DNA of 64,000 nucleotides from an uncultured Chloroflexia bacterium. Its GTDB lineage: Bacteria; Chloroflexota; Anaerolineae; Anaerolineales; E44-bin32. The notes below the pieces were generated by a model. It saw only the letters and a program-made list of their open reading frames with translations, was not told the DNA's origin and did not search any database. The stretch is taken from positions 78,612-142,611 of the forward strand of contig CAWBME010000006.1 of assembly GCA_963789825.1 (NCBI GenBank). Direction: 5' to 3'. The stretch's first letter is position 1; each line of letters starts with the position of its first letter. Shown here piece by piece: positions 57,493-64,000 of this stretch. The position numbers and the translations under genes are program-made.

Positions 57493-58331
57493 CCTTCCCT
57501 CCTCGGCCGGCTGCCGCATCGATCTGTGGGTCCGGGAGCTCTCCCGATCGGCTTTCGAGACCGATTGGCCACCGCCATCAGTGACTATACTATGCGCCAA
57601 TACACGGCGGGCGCCTGACCTTTTTCGCCTTGAATCGCTGACGGTCCGACATCAGCCGGGCGAGACCGACTGCTGGCGGGATCGCAAGCGCATTGCCGGC
57701 GCCGAGCAACGTGGGTCGGCAGGAGGGCGTTGCGAAGCGGGGGGGCGCCGGGATTGGCATGCGGTCCGTCCGGGGGCCGGGATTGGGGTGTGGCCCGGCC
57801 AAGCAAGCCAGTACCGCAGCGGCTGTATACTGGGGACGCTTCCATGCTTGGGTATGGCCGGGCGCTCTCCCTTGGCGGTTCTGCCTCGGCTGAGGCGAGC
57901 CAGGAGCGGCGTGAGTGGCAGGTTGCCGCCGCCAGCCTCGGCAGGCTGCGCATAGGCAGACCACATCGGGGGCTTCGAAGATGGAACCTACCGGCGAACC
58001 ACGCTCACGCATTCGTTGCGCCGTCGCACGTGCCGCCGGCTCCGCAGCGCGGCGGGAACGGCGAGTATGACCCAGGGGCCAACCTCGCGCGCAGGGCTGG
58101 AAACCGTGCGCTCAATCCTGGGGCCCATAGTCCACCTTGACCACAGCGCCGACGAGACGCCAGCCGCCCACCGCCGGCTGGGGGCAGAGGTCGGGGATCA
58201 GGCACGCGCCTTCGTCCTGAGTTCGGATCCTGACACGGCCTGCCGATCACTTCCAGTCTGAGTTACTGCGCGCCCGCCAATGCGCAGGCGAATGCCAGCG
58301 GCGGCTGGCTGCGGGCCGGGTACCAGGACCG

Positions 58332-59234
58332 GTGCGCCATGCCTTGGAGGTCTACCTGACAAGCCTGCAGGCTTGGGCGGAAGGGGCCTGCCTGGGTGAC
58401 CTGGCTCTGCAATCGATGGGGGATCTGCGGATCGAGGGTGGCAGGGTCACTGCAACCGATCTGGCGTTTCTGCTGCAGGCTGAGACGGTGGGATGCCAGA
58501 CGGGGATGTTGCGGGATCGCGATGGCGGGGTTCACCTCTGGCACACCGAGGAAGACCGGGACTGGACATCCGGCCCCCGCTTCGATCGGCTGCGGCTGTT
58601 CACCTGCAAGGCCTCTCCAGAGGCCCAATCGAAGACGATGACGGGCTTCATCTACCCCGACTTGTTGCCTGGCCCCGCCTTCGGCTGGTCCGGTCCCGGC
58701 TACGCCCAGGCAGTCGACGCCTTCTACCTGCAGCCGGGCATCGGGGCGCCAGGAGTCCCAGCCAACGCCGTCACCTGGGTCTGCCTATTCCTCGGGGGCG
58801 TGATCCCAGCCGCGCAGGTTGCCCAGTCCCTTGCTCCGATCCAGTCTGGCTATGCTCTCTCCAGCCTCACCCGACGGGCGGACGGGATCCTGGCAGGAGT
58901 GACGGAGTTCGTGGGAGAGTTCATCCATACGTCCGATCTGGAGCCAGCGCCCGGAGCGTGGACCTTCACCGTCAATCTGCTCTCGCCGCGTGCGGCGAAG
59001 GCTGCGCCCGGCCGAGAAGACCTCGAGCCGGAGATGCGTGGCGCCCTGGACGCCCGAATGCGGCGAGTCCACCGGGCGATGAGTCTGGTCACGCAAGGAG
59101 CCGGCGACTGGGGCGAGGCACTGCGGAGGCTGCTGGCATTTCGCGTGGGCGGCGATTTCGCCACCTCGAACCCGTCGGTCAAAGCCACCTTCCTGGGGCG
59201 CATCGCGTCGGGGGGCAGCTCCTACGCGAGTTGA
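58332..59234 (+). CDS. hypothetical protein, possibly Ntn-hydrolase/peptidase C45-like
   Basis: 300 aa; ETVGCQTGMLRDRDGGVHLWHTEEDRDW loosely resembles the nucleophile-Cys region of C45 acyltransferase-like proteins; frame is open upstream to 58221. Confidence 0.4.
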   Translation: MRHALEVYLTSLQAWAEGACLGDLALQSMGDLRIEGGRVTATDLAFLLQAETVGCQTGMLRDRDGGVHLWHTEEDRDWTSGPRFDRLRLFTCKASPEAQSKTMTGFIYPDLLPGPAFGWSGPGYAQAVDAFYLQPGIGAPGVPANAVTWVCLFLGGVIPAAQVAQSLAPIQSGYALSSLTRRADGILAGVTEFVGEFIHTSDLEPAPGAWTFTVNLLSPRAAKAAPGREDLEPEMRGALDARMRRVHRAMSLVTQGAGDWGEALRRLLAFRVGGDFATSNPSVKATFLGRIASGGSSYAS

Positions 59235-59950
59235 TCCCGGCCCGGCGCTCAGGCCGTCGGCGGATCCCGCAAGCGTCGACGGCGGTTATCGGCTCGACGA
59301 GTGAAGGGAGGCTCGCTCCCCAGCCGCGGTCCCTTGTGGCCCAGGCACAGAGCCTCGGCCGCCGGGCCATCCCGTAGGGGAGCCACCCCGGTCGGTGAAG
59401 ACCAGGCTCCCGCAGAAGCGGGCGACCGAATGGCCTCTGGACGCCATCCTGGTCAAGGGCTCCCCCTTGCTCCCACCGAACACCCCTCGTCATCCAATGC
59501 GCCATTTGTGGCAGCTCCCCTCGCGTGGTACCGCCATATGTAGGCATTCATGCAGGAATCGGGGCTTCCCATCGCAGGGGTAGGCAACTCGCGGTATACT
59601 CAGTCAGGCTTTCGCCGGCAGCCACCCAGGCAACCGCCCGGCGGCTCCTCCGGGGGCAGTGGGGGCGCCAGCGGGGTTCGGGGCTGCTTCAAGAGCACGC
59701 CAGCGGTCTGTCGATCGTCCCTTGCCAACGGTAGCAGTACCGAGCTCTTCCTCTCGGCATGTCCTCCCAACGTGGAGGAGCGGGATGCAAGAGGGACGGA
59801 CGAGTCGTGGACTCCTGGGCGGGACTCGGACTGAGCCGGAGACGGCTGTGTCCCGCCTCGCAGCCTGAGTCTCCCACAGCACCGACCCTGCTTGGGGCAG
59901 TGGCCGGCCCAGGGGATCCTGCACGGCAAGAGAGCCTTCGGAGTGTGGGT

Positions 59951-61817
59951 ATGGATCCAATTCTTGTCAAAGAGGAACGCCACGGCTGGCCCAGCCAGCC
60001 GCTGCCCAAGCCCCGCAGGGCTCTGCCCGACCCGTGGTCGGTGGAGCTCTTGCTGGGCGTCTTGCATGTACGCCACCACGCCCTTTCCCCCGATGGCACG
60101 CGGCTGGCCTTCATCTGGGACCGCGAGGGCAACAGCGATCTATGGGTGATGCCGGCGCGTGCGTCCGGTTGGCCGGAACGCCTGACTTTCGACCGCCCGG
60201 CGATCGCCCCCTGGAGCGACATCGCGCCGCGCTGGAGCCCCGACGGCAAGTACCTGGCCTACGTTTCCCGCGACGAGATCTGGATCGTGCCGGCCGAGGG
60301 CGGGCGCGCCCGCAAGCTGACCGACCACGGCCACGAGAGCACCGATCCCATCTTCAGCCCTGACAGCCAGCGGATCTACTACATCAGCAAGCGCGGAACC
60401 TATGGCAACCTGGCCGCAACCACCCCGGCGGGCGACTGGCCGGTTGCCCTCACCCGGTTTGATGGCGATGTCAGCGATCCCAGGCCCTCCCCGGATGGTC
60501 GGCGGATCGCGTTCGTCTATCACCCGCCGTCGGACCTGAACCGGTCCGAGATCTGCCTGGTGCCCGCCGTCGGTGGAGAAGTGCGCCACCTGACCGGCCA
60601 GCCCGGCGTGTGGGACGTCCGGCCGCGCTGGGCGCCGGACGGCAGCCGACTGGCCTTCGTCTCGAACCGCAGCGGCTACCGCGAGCTCTATCTGCTCGAT
60701 CCCGAATCCGGCGAGAGCCTGCAACTGACCGCCGGCATGGCGGATATCCAGGCGTACGACTGGAGCCCGGACGGCACCCGGTTGGTGCATGTCGCCGACC
60801 ACAATGGCGCCGGCGACCTGCATCGGGTGACGCTTGCCACGCGCGAGGATCGGCGGTTGCGCGGGGATTCCGGCTGGCACTCGCTTCCACAGTGGTCGGC
60901 TGACGGCAAGGCCGTCTTCGTCGGCTTCGAGAGCCCGCTGGATGCGCCGGACTTGTGGAAGGTGGACGCCGAGAGCGGCGAGGCCGAGCGCCTGACCTGG
61001 TCGATGCCACCGGCGCTCGGCAAAGCCTCGCTGCGCGCGCCGCAGTTCATCCGCTATCCGAGCACCCGCGCGGCAACCATCCCGGCCTTCCTGTACCGCC
61101 CATCCGCCGCCTCCGCCGAGCGGCCGTGCCCGGCGATCGTCTATCCCCATGGCGGACCGACCTCCGAGTACGTGCTGGACTGGGACTTGATGGCGCAGTG
61201 GCTGGTCGCCAAGGGCTATGCCGTGCTGGCGCCCAACTACCGCGGCAGCACCGGCTATGGCCTCGATCACCAACATGCACTGCACGACCAGTGGGGCATC
61301 GTCGATACGGAGGACATGCTGGCGGCGGCCGACTACTCTGCGGGGCTTGGATTGGGTCGACGGGGACCGGCTGGGCATCCTGGGATTCTCCTATGGGTCG
61401 TACCTGGCGCTGCTCGCTCTGGCGCGCGATCCCGATCCCAAGCCTCGCTTCAAGTGCGGCGTGTGTATCTTCGGCGACTGCGACATCCTGACCTCCTGGG
61501 CTCAAGGGGACCGCGTCGGCCGCGAAGACCTCGAACGACAGATGGCCGATCCCTCGCAGAACCGGGCAGGCTACCTCGCCGGCTCGCCGGTGTACGATGT
61601 CGAGAACATCCGCTATCCGCTGCTGATCTTCCATGGCGACGAGGACAAGCGCGTCAACCCACTGCAAAGCGAACAGCTGACGGAAGCCTTGAAGCGCCAT
61701 GGAAAGACCTATGAGTACTTCGTCTATGGCGGCGAGGGCCACGGCTTTCTGCAGGACGCCAGCCAGCTACACTTCCATGCCACCGTCCAGCGTTTCCTGG
61801 ACTGGTACTTGATGTGA
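59951..61817 (+). CDS. S9-family prolyl oligopeptidase/dipeptidyl peptidase with N-terminal beta-propeller (apparent +1 frameshift near 61337)
   Basis: PD40-type repeats (SPDG.RLAF), then GDRLGILGFSYGSYLAL (GxSxG), FHGDEDKRV, GEGHGF in the +1 frame. Confidence 0.85.
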
Positions 61818-61920
61818 GGTAGCCCGGGCGCCATCTGGCGGACGTGCAGGCCGGCTCCAACTCGCCACTGGTTGGCGCCCGGCCTGGTGCAGAGCGTGAG
61901 GCGATGTGCCTTGAGGTGAC

Positions 61921-63048
61921 GTGAGCGTCTCGTTGTACGCCGAGTTGAGCTGGCCGCAAATCGCGGCCCTCCCACGCGACGTCCCGCTCTTGGTCCCGCT
62001 GGGCCTGGAGGACGAAGAGAGCCGCCGCGTCGCCCGCTCCTTCCCACAGGACACGGTCCTTCTGCCGGCAGTACCCTACGGCTTTGCCGCGCCCGACGAC
62101 GAGGCCTCCGGCCCGCTCAGGCTTCCGCGCGCGCTCATGCGCCGGGTGCTGCGTGCAATCCGGCGCAGCCTTGCAGCTCAGGGATTCACTCAGGTGCGCT
62201 TCATGGATCCTTGCGGTGTCGAGGCGCAGGTGGCGCCTTCGTCGCTGGTCTTCTCACCGGTCGCCGCCCGGTTCCCCGCTCGCTTCGAGTGGCCGTCCGA
62301 TGTGGCAGGTCGCGTAGTGCTGGTGAGCACCGGCCACACCGAGCAGCATGGGGTTCACCTGCCGAGCGGGGTCGATACGATGATCGCCGAAGCCATTGCG
62401 GCCGGCGTAGCCGCCCAGGCGCCGCAGCAGGTCGTGTGCCTGCCCACTTGGCCGTACGGCGCCAGCACGCATGTGCGTGAGTTCCCCGCCACGCTCAACC
62501 TCGGCGGACGCCTGTTGGAAGACCTGTTCGTCGAGGTGGTCGGCAGCCTGGTGCGCCAGGGCGCGCGACGCATTCTGTTCTCGAACGCCCACGGCGGCAA
62601 TCACTCCTACCTGGTCAACGTCGTCAAGGCCGCCGGCGAACGCTGGCCGCAGGCCTTCACCGCCCTCGAGTTCCTGCACACCACCGGGACCGGCGCTCGA
62701 GCGCTATCGGCAGAGCAAGCGCGGGGGAATGGGCCATGGCGGCGAGCTTGGAGACCAGCTATATGCTCCATCTCCGCCCCGATCTGGTGGACATGAGCCG
62801 GGCAACGACCGAGATCGACTTCATCGCCACGCCCAACTACTACATGGACTGGATCGAGGGCGGGCGACTGATCGCCAACCCGCCCTGGAGCGATGACACG
62901 CAGACCGGCATCTATGGGGACGCGACCCTGGGCGACGGCGGAGAAGGGTCGACTGTGGCTGCAGGCGGCGGTGAGCGAGAAGCTCGAAAGCATCGCCGAG
63001 GTTCAAGAGCAGCAGCGGCGGCGGACGGAACGCAGGACGGCGCGCTGA
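61921..63048 (+). CDS. creatininase-family amidohydrolase with a degenerate N-terminal half-domain (three apparent +1 frameshifts near 62690, 62750, 62930)
   Basis: VLVSTGHTEQHGVHLPSGVDT, FSNAHGGN, GGMGHGGELETSYML; residues 1-~125 repeat the pattern (LSWPQIAALPRDVPLLVPLGLEDE...) without the metal ligands. Confidence 0.7.
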
Positions 63049-63075
63049 CGAGCCACCGCACGCTCCCTGCCCCTG

Positions 63076-63104
63076 TTGACAAGCGGGACCAAGGGTGCTA
63101 CACC
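63076..63104 (+). promoter_or_regulatory. promoter preceding a ~215-nt leader of the ABC substrate-binding gene
   Basis: TTGACA, 17 nt spacer ending in TGC, TACACC. Confidence 0.5.
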
Positions 63105-63326
63105 CGCCGTATCCGCATCCCTTGGGACTACGGGCCGAGCTGGCCTAGAGGGGCACCCGAGTTTGCCCGAAAGCGGCGCCACTGCAACGCCCGAACCTGC
63201 CTGCCGCATCGGAGCGCGATTGCATCGGAATCCCCTGGCTCGCGGGTTCCCTACCCCTGGCTCAATCTGCTGGCCGTCTTGTCGGTCCTTCCGCCCCTCG
63301 CCCCACCGATCGAAAGGAGACACCGC

Positions 63327-64000
63327 ATGACACGCAGGACCTGGTTTCGCGCACTGCTCGCATTGGCCGCGCTCAGCTTGCTGATCGCCGGTTGCGCCAC
63401 GGGCGCAACGCCTGCTGCCGAGGAACCGGCCGCCCCCGGATCTCCCGCAGAACCGATCGTTCTCCGCGTCGGCCTGCCCGGGTTTCCGGATTCTCAGAAT
63501 CCCGGGAACGCCTGGCTCGACCGAGGCGACCGACCTGGTCGAGCTGGTCTACAGCTCGCTGGTCAAGATGGATTTCGCCGGCAACTACTATCCCGACCTG
63601 GCGCAGAGCTGGTCTGTCTCCGACGATGGTTTGGCCTGGACCTTCGTGCTCGAGCCGGAGGCCGTGTGGTCGGACGGCACCCCGGTCACCGCCGCGGATG
63701 TCGCCTTCACCCTGCTGGCGTACAAGGACTGGGCCGATTTCGGCTACATGAGCGGCTACACCACCCACATGGCCGATGTCCAGGCAACCGACGAGCACAC
63801 CGTGGTGATCACCTTGGACATACCCGTTCCCAACTTCGAGAGCCAGGTGATGTACACCTACATCCTTCCCAAGCACATCTGGGAGCCCTTCGCCGGCGAC
63901 CTGGATGCGGCGGTCGCATTCCAGAACGAGGCCATGATCGGTTCCGGCCCCTTCCGCCTGAAGGAGTTCCAGCAGGGAGAGTACTACCGCCTGAGCGCCA
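63327..64000 (+). CDS. ABC transporter substrate-binding lipoprotein, family 5 (peptide/nickel type); 3' partial (apparent +1 frameshift near 63515)
   Basis: Lipoprotein signal LLALAALSLLIAGC; AAAGGAGA SD; after the shift VELVYSSLVKMDFAGNYYPDLAQSWSVSDDGLAWTFVL...GSGPFRLKEF; runs off the window. Confidence 0.8.
   Translation, partial: MTRRTWFRALLALAALSLLIAGCATGATPAAEEPAAPGSPAEPIVLRVGLPGFPDSQNPGNAWLDRGDRPGRAGLQLAGQDGFRRQLLSRPGAELVCLRRWFGLDLRARAGGRVVGRHPGHRRGCRLHPAGVQGLGRFRLHERLHHPHGRCPGNRRAHRGDHLGHTRSQLREPGDVHLHPSQAHLGALRRRPGCGGRIPERGHDRFRPLPPEGVPAGRVLPPER

Noticed and set aside
63147-63205. Possible cobalamin riboswitch in the SBP leader. GCCACTG at 63178-63184 is followed by ACCTGCC at 63195-63201, reminiscent of the CCACTG element and the B12 box.
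   Set aside because: The highly conserved GGTGnnAAnTCC hairpin is absent; the corresponding stretch reads CCCGAGTTTGCCC. The two elements are also only ~10 nt apart, too close for the normal architecture. I treat this as a chance match pending a covariance-model scan.

Overview
High-GC bacterial chromosomal window. The dense TGnTAnAAT promoters, several apparently leaderless genes, Thr/Pro-rich linkers and LysM/LCP/YabE-type envelope genes suggest a Chloroflexota-like organism, but that is inference only. I can support about 52 protein genes, three tRNAs (Ser-GGA, Sec-UCA, Lys-CTT) and a small 4.5S-type SRP RNA. I found no rRNA, CRISPR array, transposase or integrase. Most content is housekeeping: L21/L27/L31/S20, tdk, hpt, CCA enzyme, dinB, argS, rsmA, bcp, proline dehydrogenase, glycosidases and peptidases. 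Points worth a second look, strongest first: (1) a LysW-like zinc-ribbon protein, a Ddl-like ATP-grasp ligase and a KamA-type radical-SAM aminomutase at 42.2-45.2 kb. They sit behind an AT-rich region with direct repeats and next to an OmpR-family regulator with a degenerate receiver. (2) A well-folding tRNA-Sec (selC) at 37.9 kb, with no sel genes or obvious selenoprotein in the window. (3) A translationally coupled operon of cupin, divergent UbiA-like membrane protein, MoeA and MoeA-PBP. (4) Ribosomal protein L31 fused in frame to an RNA polymerase alpha-CTD-like domain. (5) A Roadblock/LC7 plus V4R gene pair next to about 1 kb with no clean reading frame. (6) A roughly 180-215 bp structured intergenic repeat present twice in opposite orientation. 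About 27 single-base indels, nearly all +1, interrupt otherwise conserved genes including essential argS. I read this as consensus error rather than biology, and it limits confidence in every fusion or pseudogene call here.
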